Shown here piece by piece: positions 24,292 through 37,499 of a stretch of DNA of 39,160 nt; position 1 is the first letter of the stretch, and every line of letters begins with the position of its first letter. The DNA lies in assembly GCA_000697335.1 (NCBI GenBank), contig JNEM01007727.1:1-39160 (forward strand), read 5' to 3'. The notes below the pieces were generated by a model. The model saw nothing but the letters and a program-made list of their open reading frames with translations. It made no database searches and was not told the DNA's origin. The position numbers and the translations under genes were made by a program. This stretch comes from Conidiobolus incongruus B7586. Lineage: Eukaryota.

Positions 24292-24764
24292 TTATTTTTA
24301 TTAGTGTTTTTATAAATGATTTTTATTATTTCAAAAATCATGTAAATAAATTCTCAGTTTATTTTAATATTAAATAGAATATATTATTTATATTCTTGAT
24401 GTTTATTTAATTTTTATAATTATTTACTAATATTTGGAAATATATATTTATAATTCTATGGTTGTATAATATGTATTATGTAATTAATTTCAGTTTTCAA
24501 TTTCAATATCAATTTTTAAAATATTCTTTAATTTTATATATCTCCATATTGTTGCATTTAATCAATGTAATGCTATAATAACAATTTAGAAATTAATGTA
24601 CTTTAATTTCATTGGATTAAAATTAGCCAATAATAATCCCATATCAGATAAAAATTCATCCGAATTAGTATAAACAACCAATCAATGAAAAAATAGTATA
24701 AAATAATAATTTTTTCCTTATTTAATCTTTTAAAATACTAGAGCATTTAGCATTAAACGTTCAA

Positions 24765-26712
24765 TTGTTGTCAACTCTAACGCCTTCATCAAATCAATCT
24801 AAACATACTATAAATACTGAAGAATTAACGCATTCTGAATCTTCTCCAAAAGTCCATAAGAGCATTCATACCTCTATTGAATCTAGTAATTTCCCATTAC
24901 TAATACAATATTCGAATTGTAATTTATTTTTATTTCTTAGCTCCTTCAAAAAATGATGCAATTCAATATAATTTAAATATTGGAGAATCCACAGAAACAA
25001 ATCGTTCTCAACAAGTAGAAAATAATGAAACCACACAAGAATTATCTATCAATGAAGTGAATTTTCAGTCTGACGAGAATTCTTCACAAATTTCCCAATA
25101 TTCTAGTAATCATGTGAGTTTAAAAGGGGATAATTCTAGTAAAAGTGGAAATGACACTGTTGATAATTCTTCAGAGTATGACGAATTTGGAGATTGGAGT
25201 GCAGAAGGTGAATATAATTATTACTATTATTTTATTAATTATGTTTTAAAAACTATATTTAGATATTGCTGATAAAGAGTCGGATTTAAAGCCGTTCCGT
25301 TTTGAAAAGACATTATTCTTGCAACTCGAAGCTAGAAAACTAGGTAGTGTTTTCTTTTTAATATAATCTATTTGACTTAATTGTTCTAATTTCAATTACT
25401 AGGGCCAAATGAATTTGTTCAACAATATCTCGAAAATAAAAAAGAACCCATTATTCAGCTTCTTGATGTCTTCGGCGTTCATGTATCTCCTGTTGCCATT
25501 GATTTAGAAGAGAGTTACCTCAAAACTATTTTATTGCAGAGTATCTCCAAATTTTTAGCAAAAAGACAGAGATTATTACATATTAATTCGGTGGAAGATG
25601 TAGTTGAGTTAATTCAAAAATCTAATAAAATTATGGTATTAACCGGTGCGGGGGTAAGTTTATATCTTTATTCGAATTTCCATGTATAGTAATATATTAT
25701 TTAGGTTTCTGTATCCTGTGGTATACCAGATTTTAGATCTTCTAACGGAATTTATACTAGATTGGGCAGATTTAATTTAAGCGACCCACAACAAATGTTT
25801 GATTTAGAATATTTTCGAATTGCTCCTGAGATTTTCTTTTCATTTGCTAAAGAAATTTATCCCAGCAGTTTTAAACCATCTCCTTCGCATACGTTTATCA
25901 AATTACTTGAAAATAAGAATAAGTTATTGCGCAACTATACTCAAAATATTGATACTATCGAATCCATAGCTGGTATTAACAAAGTTCTCAATTGTCATGG
26001 ATCATTTGCTTCTGCTTCATGTATTCTTTACCACACTAAATATCCTGGTGACTTCATCAAAAAAGAAATTTTTGAACAAAAAGTACCCTACTGTCCAAAT
26101 TGTCTCAAGAAGAAAAATAATGATGAAGGATTGATCCCTCCTGTTGTTAAGCCTGATATTGTTTTCTTTGGAGAAGATCTACCTGATGAATTCGACCAAA
26201 GTTTTATCAAAGATCGTGAAGAACTTGACTTACTAATTGTCATGGGGTCCAGCTTGAAAGTTGCTCCAGTCTCTGAAATTATGAACAATTTACCACCCAA
26301 TATCCCTCAAATCCTCATTAATCGAACCCCAAATTACGATATTCATTTTGATGCACAGTTAATTGGTTATAGTGATACAATTGTTCAAATCCTCTGTGAG
26401 CGTTTAGGATGGGAACTACCCGGCATTCCTCGACAGCCAATTCCTGAGGAGGAGACAAGTTTCGAAGACCTGATTCGTCTACCCCATTACTGGCACAGAT
26501 TCCCAGGTGCACAGTTGGACCCTGCAGAGCTCCTAGATATCGAGAGTGAAGAAGAAGATTGGAATCAAGAAGGGCCCCCTGAAATGCAAGAAATCGATGT
26601 GATATCGGTTGCAATGGAATCAGAACACTTGAGTGCAATTAATACTGAAATGCCTAACAATGGTGATACAATCCCAGACTCTGACCAAATTAAAGAAGAT
26701 CAAGATAATTAA
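24765..26712 (+). CDS. SIR2: Sir2/SIRT1-class NAD-dependent deacetylase (exons 24765-24885, 24941-25207, 25263-25343, 25403-25653, 25705-26712); start uncertain (TTG)
   Basis: LTGAG|VSVSCGIPDFRS, LLRNYTQNID, CHGSF, KPDIVFFGE, GSSLKVAPV, PQILINR; the upstream exons splice in frame but contain no in-frame ATG before 25633. Confidence 0.9.
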
Positions 26713-26863
26713 TCATTAGTTCATTATTACTTTTTAATATATTTTGACATGATTCATCTCATTATCGCTTCATGTTATCGTTATTAACTCAGGATTTTCA
26801 TTTTTGTAAATAAGACATTATTTGATTCCTTTTATTTAATAAACTTATGTCATTATTCATTTC

Positions 26864-28057
26864 TCAATGTTTGAAATCTTGGTAAAATGCTTTGAAATAT
26901 TGATAACCTCTGGCATACCACGCCCAATTGAAATCAATACTATTCATGATATATGCGAAAGTTAATTCTGATTCTGGATGAAAAATCACTAAACTTCCGC
27001 CAGCTCCAGCACCTCCATAAACTTCTAAGTTAATATCAGTGTATTCATACTTCATAAAACCACCTTGGGTCATAATCGTTTCAACTCCCAATGCTTCATC
27101 TTTAACTTTAGTAGCATCACTGATAGCTAATTTTCGAACAACTTCTGAAATTGGAGAATCAGAATCAACCATAAACGATAAAAGCTTAGCCAAAGATGCT
27201 GAAGTAGTATGACCGTTGGTTGAAGGGAATTCTATATCGTGGAATTCTGGTGTCTTGGATGCCCACGTAAATTTTGAATCGCGATGAGTTGGCACACTTG
27301 TGACTTTTAATATAGTCGGCAATTCTGAAAATGGGATGTTTGAGGTATCCTGAGCAAATAAAGGTTTTTCTGAGTGTAGATTAGGATTCCAAGTTGTTGG
27401 AGCATCATCATACAAAATAGAGTTTCTCACAAGTTTTTCTTTGTTTCTAATACCATAATAAAACTCAATGGCATATTTGTCATTAAACTCTTCTTGTAAA
27501 ATCTGGCCAATGGTTCTTTTTTTGGGATCTACTCTAGAAACGATTTCATTCAAGATAAGCCCACGAGTTATTGCGTGATAACAACGTTTAGGTTCACCAT
27601 CAAAGAGATGATGTTGACGTTCAATTGCTTGTCTCAATTTATCTCGATCCAAAACTTCTTCATAGGTGATTACTGGCTCTAACCAAGGAACACCACCTTC
27701 ATGACGTAATACATCCTTAAGTGTAACCTTATCCTTTTTGTTCTGGCCGAATTCTGGCCAATAAGTGGCTACGGCAGCATTGTAATCGAGTAAACCCTTG
27801 TCGACCAGGTAACTGATCACTAGAGCTGTCACGGCCTTGGAACTTGAATATACTGCTTGAAGTGTATCTTTCGTGTATGGTGTCTTCTTTTCAAAGTCTG
27901 AATATCCTCCACTGAGCTCTACTATTTTCTTACCTTTGTGGAGCACTGTAATAGATGCACCCACTTCTTTTCCTTCCTTGAAATTGGTTTCAAATGCTTG
28001 GACTAGTTTTTCATAGCCTTCCACTTGATATAATTGAAATGGAATTTGAGTAGACAT
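26864..28057 (-). CDS. Beta-lactamase/serine hydrolase family protein (EstA/class C-like), 397 aa, intronless
   Basis: SxxK motif (YSSSK), LLDYNAAVATYWPEFGQNKK, VLRHEGG, YHAITRG, GGAGAGGS. Confidence 0.9.
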   Translation of the reverse strand: MSTQIPFQLYQVEGYEKLVQAFETNFKEGKEVGASITVLHKGKKIVELSGGYSDFEKKTPYTKDTLQAVYSSSKAVTALVISYLVDKGLLDYNAAVATYWPEFGQNKKDKVTLKDVLRHEGGVPWLEPVITYEEVLDRDKLRQAIERQHHLFDGEPKRCYHAITRGLILNEIVSRVDPKKRTIGQILQEEFNDKYAIEFYYGIRNKEKLVRNSILYDDAPTTWNPNLHSEKPLFAQDTSNIPFSELPTILKVTSVPTHRDSKFTWASKTPEFHDIEFPSTNGHTTSASLAKLLSFMVDSDSPISEVVRKLAISDATKVKDEALGVETIMTQGGFMKYEYTDINLEVYGGAGAGGSLVIFHPESELTFAYIMNSIDFNWAWYARGYQYFKAFYQDFKH

Positions 28058-28899
28058 TATTAAATATTGATCAATGATGTTTCATTTCATGTAATGTTGT
28101 AACTATATATAGCTGTCAATTACTTAGTTTACGGATAAATATTTTAAAATTTCCTATTAATAAATTTGGAAAATTTGTATTATATTTCTAAATTGGGCAG
28201 TTTTTTAGTTTAGGCAAGTATTGGGTAATTGGATATTTTGATCATAAACCTTTGTATTCATCAATACTGGCTTGGTTTAATCAAAAAAATTTTTCAATTC
28301 TATATATCCCATTTAAAATGAGAAAAATCTGATAGTACTGGTAGATGACTGAAGAAATAGTGCTGGATATCTAACACACTTTGCGAAATCTTCGTTTAAT
28401 CTATTTTCAATTTAATATTTAATAGATATTGAGTTATTTAAATTGATAAATGCAATTTAGAACATGTTGTACAATTCTTGAAATTATCTATTCCCAGCAC
28501 TTGTATAAATGTTTAGCAAATTATTTCAATTTACATGAAAATTAATATGATGTATTTAATAAATATAGGTTGACGCAAAATAATTTTAAATATATTTTAA
28601 TAGATTTGTGAATTGAAAAATAAATCTAATTACTCAAAAATATTGTATCTGAATAGAATATGATGTTTTTTCAAAATTTTATTGTAAATATAAGGAAAAA
28701 TTTCAACAAAATACCTGCTAGTAAGCTATATTTGTTGTATTATAATACATATTTTATATCAACATGCATCTTTACCAATATTAAATCGGAAGGTTGATCC
28801 GAAGATTTCTTAATTTAGAAATAATTAAAAAATTGTAATTATTAAAAATAAAAATATTTTAATAGGATAGTATTCAGTCTGTAGATCTTTATAAGGTAA

Positions 28900-29693
28900 A
28901 TTCAATTTATATAACTTGTTTTACCACATATATATGTATACTTTCAATTATCAATGCAGAATGAGTGTATAAATTTTTGATGATTATGATAACAACATTA
29001 TCTTATATAGACACTTGATAGATTTTGGAGGTGAATATTGCATATTTTATTTAATTAAATTACTCAAATTTAAAGTTGATTTATGATTAAATGCTTTTTT
29101 AATTTTCAGTGTTTTATCTTGCTTCAACTTTCTAGTTGCCAGAGAAGTTGAAGATATATCATTGTTCATTTAAGTTACCAATTTTTGCACAATATGGCAG
29201 CAGTATGGCTATTACAAGATAGCTTTTTAATATGCTCAAATTTTAGCTTTTCAATATGATTCAATGGAGATTTGAAATAAATAGTGGAAACATGGCTATA
29301 ACAAATCCATGGATACATAAAATACTGGTAACAAAAATGCTAAACTCAATTTTTGATATTTCAGTGTGCTTAGATTCTAATATTTAACTGGAAATTTGCT
29401 AAGTTACTTTTGTATTAAGATTTTAAGAGCTTGAATTCTATGTTAAAATTAAAAATCATTTTTATAGTATATTTATTGTAAAACTTATATTATTGCTTCG
29501 TGCTGGATATCGATATTTAGCAACTCTTAATACACTCTCATAAACTAAAATTGTGATTTTGGAATTGTAGAAAATTGCTGAAGATATGTCTGAAAAGTAT
29601 TATATTTTAGTTTTCTATTCTAATTGGCAAATTAGAATTAGATTACTTGATTTTGAATAAAGCTCCAAAGAAGATTTAGATAATTCTTCCATA
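28900..29693 (-). pseudogene. Possible highly degraded membrane-protein (GPCR-like) relic
   Basis: Minus-strand fragments ICQLE..SDISSAIFYNSKITILVYESVLRVAKYRYP (TM3-like) and FSIFVTSILCIHGFVIAMFPLF (TM-like), broken by many stops; boundaries uncertain. Confidence 0.25.
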
Positions 29694-30354
29694 TTGTATA
29701 AAAAATCTATATATATAGTTTACATTTTAATAAAATTATTAATTTCATTGAATGAGTTGAAAAAAATATTTACAAGTATAAGCATTTATTGGCAATAAAT
29801 ATTCAAACTTGAAGTGTATCGTTTTGTTTTACTCAAAGTAAAAATTAATATCAAGATTGTCTAAAATTTGCCATTGTATATTGGTAAGAAGTGACCTGTG
29901 GCTACCAATATGGTAATCAACCCGATCATCTTTGCCTCGCCATTTATTTCCTTGTGAGGATGTTACCCTGGAAGGTATATCACTCTACTCTAAAAATTTT
30001 ATTCTTTAGAGGACCTATCTTACCTCTAAACGCTAACTTTAACTGAAAATTGGACTATAAAAGAACCAATGTCATAACTTTAACCAGTTGAGGTCAGCAA
30101 ACCTCTCTCAAGATTACTATTTTTTCATACTTTTTATAAATTCTTCATATAAACACTGCCATTGACTAGCAGTACCTTACATGCCTCACCTACTTATTTT
30201 ATCTAATTCCAGCAACTGTCATTATAACAAACAAATATTTTTGACTACAATTTAATGGTATCCATTATATTGAAATTCATAAATTATCTTAAAAAATACT
30301 TTATTTAATTTTTGACATTAATAAATTATCAACTAATTTCATCTCTAATTGTTA

Positions 30355-30646
30355 TTACTACAAAAATTAAATAGTGATATAATTTTAAAATCAAAATATA
30401 ATATTATATATATTGTATATAAACAGATAAATAATATAAAATTAATATTCTCTTTTATTAAAAACAAATCTTCACTATACTTTTGTTCAACTTCTGATAT
30501 CAAAAAATAATTTTTTAATATAGATTAAAATTTAAAATTTTATAAATTAATTAAATATTAATCAAAAATTATTTACAAATATATTTTTTAATTACTGAAA
30601 ACAATTATATTAACTAAGGTTAAAATACAGTAAATATATTAGATAT
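30355..30646 (-). mobile_element. Mariner copy A, 3'-terminal fragment, interrupted by an LTR
   Basis: TA followed by TTACTACAAAAATTAAATAGTGATATAATTTT (degenerate TIR); collinear with 34882-35188 up to ATATATTAGATAT, where an LTR begins. Confidence 0.7.
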
Positions 30647-30889
30647 TGTTAAAAGACTAATTGTTTAAATTCTTATATATACTTTTATATAATTCAATTA
30701 ATTATAAATAATATAATTAATTTATACTTTTATAACTAAATTAATCATATAAATAGCATTAGATTATTTAATAAATAAGGTTTTTCTTGTTCCCTCTTAA
30801 TTTTTATTATTTCTTATTCTTTATATTATTTCTAAAATTAAAACTATATTATATTAATAATATAGTATATTAATATTACTTAATATAAA
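30647..30889 (+). repeat. Outer (host) LTR, left part
   Basis: Starts TGTTAAAAGACTA and aligns with the first ~243 bp of the LTRs at 30890 and 37500; continues at 37907. Confidence 0.85.
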
Positions 30890-31285
30890 TGTTAAGAGAC
30901 TAGTTCTTTAAATTCTTATATATATTTTTATATAATTTAACTAATTATAAATTATATGATTAATTTATACTTTTATAACTAAATTATATAAATAATATTA
31001 AATTATTTAATAAATAAGGTTTTTTTTTCTCTTTAATTCTTATTATTCTTTATTCTTTACACTATTTTTAAGATTAAAACTATATTTTATTAATAATATA
31101 ACATATTAATACTACCTAATATAAATCCTAATATATTAGTGACTTATCTTAGTTTGAAGCTTAATTAAACTTTGTTTACACTTTTACATTATATTCTATG
31201 TTATATTATCATGTTTTATACCACATTACTTTTATATTAAATTTTTCTCTATATTATATTAGTTTTAATTACTATTATACTTATA
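30890..31285 (+). repeat. 5' LTR
   Basis: TGTTAAGAGACTAG...TACTTATA, followed directly by the PBS. Confidence 0.88.
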
Positions 31286-31304
31286 TAATAACAGTGATAA
31301 AATT
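31286..31304 (+). other. Primer-binding site, G>A-eroded, tRNA-Leu type
   Basis: TAATAACAGTGATAAAATT differs from TGGTGRCAGTGGTGGGATT (complement of a tRNA-Leu 3' end plus CCA) only by G>A changes. Confidence 0.6.
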
Positions 31305-34300
31305 ACTTAAAACCTAGTAGAAATTAATAATTAATTGTATCTAACTTATTTATTATTATTTTAAATCTTATCTATAATTTATTTAAATTTAATATTATAT
31401 ACTATAATAATATTAAAAAAAAGATACTTTAATATTATTTTAATAATGATAACAACTTAATTATTAAGTAAATCTAAGATTATAACTTATAAGAGTTTAT
31501 TACCCTTTAAGAAGCTTATATTAAACAACTTTTGATTAAAAAAATATAACTTAAAAAGTTTAAATTTAATAAACTAGTTACTTGACTATAGTTAATATAT
31601 TAAATTACCTTTTTACTATTTTTAAAGATTAATTAACTATTTAGAATAGCTTAAAAAACCTTTATAAACTTAAAAACTACTTTAAAAACATAAAGAATTA
31701 TTTTAATTTGATTTTTAATTAAGATTTAAAGAATATCTTTAAATTAACCACTTTTTTTGGAAAAATCTACTTATATTTGGTAACTAACTTATTATAAGCT
31801 TAATCTTAAAGAATCTTCAGGTAGATAATTTACTACAAAAATATAAACTTTTAAACAATTAGAAAAAGCTTTTAAAAAAAGATATTACTTAAAAGATAAG
31901 TTTAATTAATAAGAGAAAAGCTTTCTTAACTTAAATAAAAAACTTCTATAAAATAATTAATTGAGAAATTTAATAAGATATATTTAAATATACTTAATAT
32001 CACTAAAAAAAATAAATCCATAGATTATTATAATGTTTAATTTTTAAGTAAAGCTTTAATTAGTTAGTAAAAAATACTTTGATAATATATTTTTTCCTGA
32101 TATTTGTGATACAACAATTATAATTAATAATATCTTTTATTTTATAATTAAAACTTTTTATCTTGAGAATTAATCTTTTAAAATTTATTTTAACCCACTT
32201 AAATCTTAAATAATAAATGTTTCTATTTTAAAACTTTATAAGAAAATACTTAATAAAAAAGTTAAAGCTTATTTAAAAATAAATAAAAGTTGTTATTATT
32301 GTTAAAAGACTTAAATTAACTATAAAGTCAATAATTATCCTTTTAAGAAAAAACACTAATCTAATCTTTACCAATCTTAATTTATTAACCACAAATTAAA
32401 CTTAAATAATATTAATATAACTTTAAAATCACTTTTTTCATAAGTAGTTAGTAGATTCTAATTTAATCCACAAAAATTTTAATAAACTAATGATTTTATA
32501 AATCAAATTATATACACTAATGAAATTTAACTTATTATGCTATTAAAAACTAAAAATATTCTAGTAACTAATTTATCTTATAATTTTTTATCTTTAACTA
32601 TCACTTTATTGTTTATGTTAAGTAATTTTTTATAGATATACTTATTAATATTTTAATTAACTTTAGTTATTTTAGTTATATTATTTCTTTTTTTATTATT
32701 TTTAAACTATCTTTATTTATTTAAAAAACAACTTAATAATTAAATATACTAATAACTTAATAAAACAAATATCTAGTACTATATCTAAATACTTATTATT
32801 ATTTTTTAACTACTCCCAACATATTAAATTCTTAGTTGGTAATATTAGTTATAATTTTATATTAAGCTAAAATTAATTTAAATACCATAGTTTTATATTT
32901 ATAAATATTATTTTAGAAGGTTATAAATTTATTTCTTTCACTTTTTAAAAGAAATTAATAGAATTAATCTTAAAAAACTTATATTACCTTACTATAAAAT
33001 TATTAAATACTTTACTTAATATTAACTTTATAATTGTGATAAATAACTTTATCTTTATAAATAAAAATTAATATAAAAAGTTAATTAAAAACTTAAATAA
33101 GTTATAGGGAAATATATCTATTTATTATTTATCTATTAATACTTTATTTATTAATTTTAATAAAGTTATATTTAATGACTACTTTTTATATAATATAATA
33201 AGTTAATTTACTAATACTTTTGAATTTATAAATAAATTACAACTTAAATATAATATTAAACATAAAATTAAATTAATCATTGGTATATAATTATATATAA
33301 AGCTTACTTACTATTTATCTTTTAAATAATATTAAACTTTAAAGGAAGAAATCTAAAAATTACTTGAAAATAAATATATTAAACCTTTTTCCTTACTATA
33401 AAAATCTTTAATCTTCTTTATATAAAAGGCTGATAGTGGTTAAAAATTATATATTAACAATTATGTTTTAAATTTTAAAACTATCAAGGATAAAACTTTA
33501 TAATTAAATTTACATGATATTAAAGATAGATTACTTTAATCAACTGTTTTTACCAAGTTAAATATTAAGAATAGTTATTATAATATTAAAGTTAAAGAAA
33601 ATTCTACTCTTTTAACTACTTTCAATATACCTTTAAGCTACTATAAATTTACTGTTATAAACTTTAAGTTATGTAATATCTTTATAACTTTTACTTAATT
33701 TATCAATTTTTTTTAATCTTATCTTTAGTGATTTTATTATTATTTACTTTAATAATATTCTAATCCATTTAAAAACTAAAGAAGAATATATCTAGTATAT
33801 TAATTAAGTTTTACAAATTATTTAAGAATATAAACTATCTATAAAGTTATTAATATATATCTTTAATGTTATTTTTATTTTTTTATAGTTATATTATTTT
33901 TTTTTAAAGAATTAACATTGATTTTACTAAATTAAATAGTGTTAAAGCTTTTATTATACTTATAGACAAATATTAACTTATGTTTATACTTAAATTATTA
34001 AATTAATTTTAAATATTTTATTAATTCTTTTATTAAACTTATAACTTTTCTAATTAATCTCTTGAAAAAAACTCTCTTTTTAAATAAACCCCACTATATA
34101 CTTTTTACATAAATGCTTTAATTTTTTATATTATTAATGCTTTTACCTTATTTATTTTTAATTTAAAATTACCTACCATTATTTTTATTAACTTTAATTC
34201 TTTTATAATTAATAGATAATTAACTTAGTTTAAAATTAATTTATATTTTACATTTTAACTATAAGATAAAATAATGAATAAAAGAGAATAAGTTAAATTT

Positions 34301-34881
34301 AACCTTATAAATAATACTTTAAAGTTAATAACATTTTAGCTAAGAAAAATAAAACCAGCTAAATTAAAATATTTAGTTTATAAATAAGAACTCTTTACCT
34401 TAGTAGAAATAATCAAAAATCATTCATATTTCTTGTTTTATAACCTTTTTTTAACCCTTATAGATTATAAATCACTTATTTATTCAAATACTCAAAAGTA
34501 TTTATTAAGAAAATAAGTTAAATAGATTAAAATTATCTAAGCTTATTTTTTGTATTTAATATCTTTTAAGTTAATAAAACTATGTTGTAGATACTTTGTT
34601 AAAAAATCTTACATATTTATCCTTTTATTCTAATTATAAAAACACAACAAATATTAACTTAATGATTATTAATATTAAAAGTAAAGAATTTATTAAATTA
34701 CTTTAAGAAACACTATTAAATAATGATTTTTTTTGTTAATCAAAGAAGAACTCTTTTAACCCTTTGAAAATCAATTAAAATATGTTAAAAGATTTAAAAT
34801 TATTGATAACTTATTATATTATAATAATTGTTTATATATCTTTAATATTCTTAAGATTTAATAAGTAATATTTAATAAATA

Positions 34882-36203
34882 TTAGTGTGTAAATTAAGTA
34901 ATGGCACAATTTTATAATTAAAATTAAATAAATAAATTAATATATAATATATAAAAATTAATAAATAATATAAAATTAATAGCCTCTTTTATTATTAATA
35001 ACTCTTTTCTATACCTTTAATAAGCTTCTAATACCTAATAAATAGTTTTTTTATTAAGGACTGAAATTTAATATTTTACAAACTAATTTAATTTGTTTAC
35101 AGGAATTTTTTTTCCTGTAAGCTGTTTTTTCAATTGTCTAAAACAATTATAATCATATAGGTTATAATCAAGTGAATATATTAGATGTGGTAACTCCCTT
35201 TAATTTATTTATATAAAAAATCTTTTACAGCTTTAGTTTTATATATTTTACAATTATCATGTAAAATAATAAGTGTCTTTAATTTATATTGAGAACACCA
35301 TTTAAAGATTGTTTTATTTAAAAAGGTAATATATAGCTTATTATTAATTGATTTTCCTTGAGGTATTAAATAAAAAAACCATATACCATTATAATCCATT
35401 ACAACAATTAATATTTGTTTATATTCAAAGTATTTATTCATTGGAATTTGTAGAGGGGATTGATTTAGCTTAACCCAACATCTTATTTTATTTTAAGGTA
35501 AAGGATTATATAAAGGAATTTAAAATTCATCAATTGTAAGTATTCACTGTAAAAACCTTTGTTTTTAGTTATACCTTAATAAGTTTAATTTAGCTATAGC
35601 TACTCTAGTTTTCTTTTAAGCTTCTGTTAAATTATAAGGTATCCATTTTATATTTTTATTAATTAATTTAAGTTTAAACTTAAGTAAATATGAAATGCTT
35701 GTATAATTAATATAAAATTGTTTTAATAGTTCTCTAACAGAAATAAAAGGGTATTTCTTAATATATTTTTTTACTCTATTAATAATTAAAAGAGTAACAG
35801 TAGAAATTAGTCTTTTAGATTTTAGTAAATTTTAAATAATGTCTCTTCTAGCTTTAAAATCACAAATTTAGCAATATATGGTAGTTTTAGATAAAGCACC
35901 ATCTCTATAAGCTATTTACAAGTTTTGGATGATTTTAAAGGGTTTATGGTTAAGTTTTAAAGATATAAAAATAAAAGCCTTTTAATAATTATAATCTAGT
36001 TTAAACATAATTAAATTTAAGTGTAAATTTTAAAATCAAAATATTTTAATAAAAATAATAATTAAAATTGAATATATATATATAGTTTGAAAATATTTAT
36101 TTTCCTATATAATATATATATATATATATAATCTTTCAAAATGTATAATATGTTTGAAAGATCAGAAATTAAAAAATTTGCCATTTCTTAATTTCTATAC
36201 TAA
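34882..36203 (-). mobile_element. Mariner copy B, full length (1322 bp), degenerate transposase, nested in the gypsy pol
   Basis: TA TSDs (34880-81, 36204-05); TIRs TTAGTGTGTAAATTAAGTAATGGCACAATTT versus reverse complement TTAGTATAGAAATTAAGAAATGGCAAATTTT; transposase from ATG 36008 with KWIPYNLT, LTIDEF, ILHDNCK and several stops. Confidence 0.9.
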
Positions 36204-37499
36204 TATTATAACTTACTAGTTAAAAGATATTAAAATTAGTTAAAGATTGTTGAGAGAATTAAAATAAAGTATTACTAACATTCTTTAATTAAATTAATTT
36301 AGAAATATATTAATACTTATAATATATATTAAAAAATTAAATATAATACCTAATTAAAATATAATTAACTTATTTTTTTACAAATCCCAAATAAAATTTA
36401 ATAATAAATCTAACTTAATTTTATAGAAATTCTTAAATTAACAAATAGTTATAATAACTTATTAATAATAATTGATTTATTTTTTAAATATACTTATTTT
36501 ATTCTTTGTTTTAAAACTTCTATAGTTAACAATATTATACAATTGTTATTCTTTAATATCTTTACTCATCATAAAATTTCACAAATTATTATATTAAATA
36601 AAGATATATAATTCAACTCTTGATTTTAAAAGTTATTATCCTTTTCCCTTAAGATTAACCTAGTTATGTTTACTATTAATTACCACTAAACTAATAAACT
36701 TATTAAAAGAATTATTAAAACCTTAAAATAAATGATTAAAGCTTATATTAACACTAATCAATTAAATTAAAATACTTATATTTATTAACTTCAATATTTA
36801 TTTAATATCTTTATTAATAAATCAACTGGTTTTAACCTTTACTTTATTAATTATAATAAATATCTTAACTTAATAATTGCTTTAAAACTTTAAATTAACT
36901 TACCCTTAGATGTTATTGAATTCTAGTCTAAAATTAAACATATTAATTCTTTTGTTAAATTCAACTTAGAAGAAAATTAAAAGATCATAAAATAATAATA
37001 CTTAAAGCTATTTAAAAATCCACTTAAATATAAAATTAGTATGTTTATATATTTAGAATAATTTATCCTTAAACTTATTTTACTTAAGTTTAGTTTAAAT
37101 TTAAAATACTTACTATTATATTATAACCCTTATAAAATTTAATTTATTGATTTAAACTTTAAAAATATTATCTTAGAATTACCTCTAACTTTGAGGATTA
37201 ACTTTACCTTTTATATATCCAAAATCAAACCTTATTTTAAAGATTTTAACATATTTCTTAATTAATTAAAAGTCTTAAAACTAAATTTAGTTATTAATTA
37301 AGATAGAGAAAAAGAGTATTATATTGATTATATAATTAAATTTAAATTTATTAGGAATAAGCTTTACTTTTATATAAAATAAATAAGTTATTAAAAAAAC
37401 TATAAGAACCTTTAAAAAATATTAAAAATATCTTAACCTATTATATCTATTTATAAAAATCTAGGGAATATATCTTCTTTACAAGATTTATCAAGGGAG

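Noticed and set aside
7885..26638. Short antisense or alternate-frame ORFs (7885, 9746, 12365, 13022, 18977, 19254, 22475, 23241, 24003, 26088, 26318)
   Set aside because: Shadows of real coding exons with no independent support.
26864..28057. Horizontal transfer of a bacterial beta-lactamase
   Set aside because: The family is widespread in fungi and composition matches neighbouring genes; lack of introns alone is not evidence.
30647..31285. Tandem repeat or CRISPR-like duplication
   Set aside because: Explained by insertion of an LTR element into an LTR of the same family, with a TSD and continuation at 37907.
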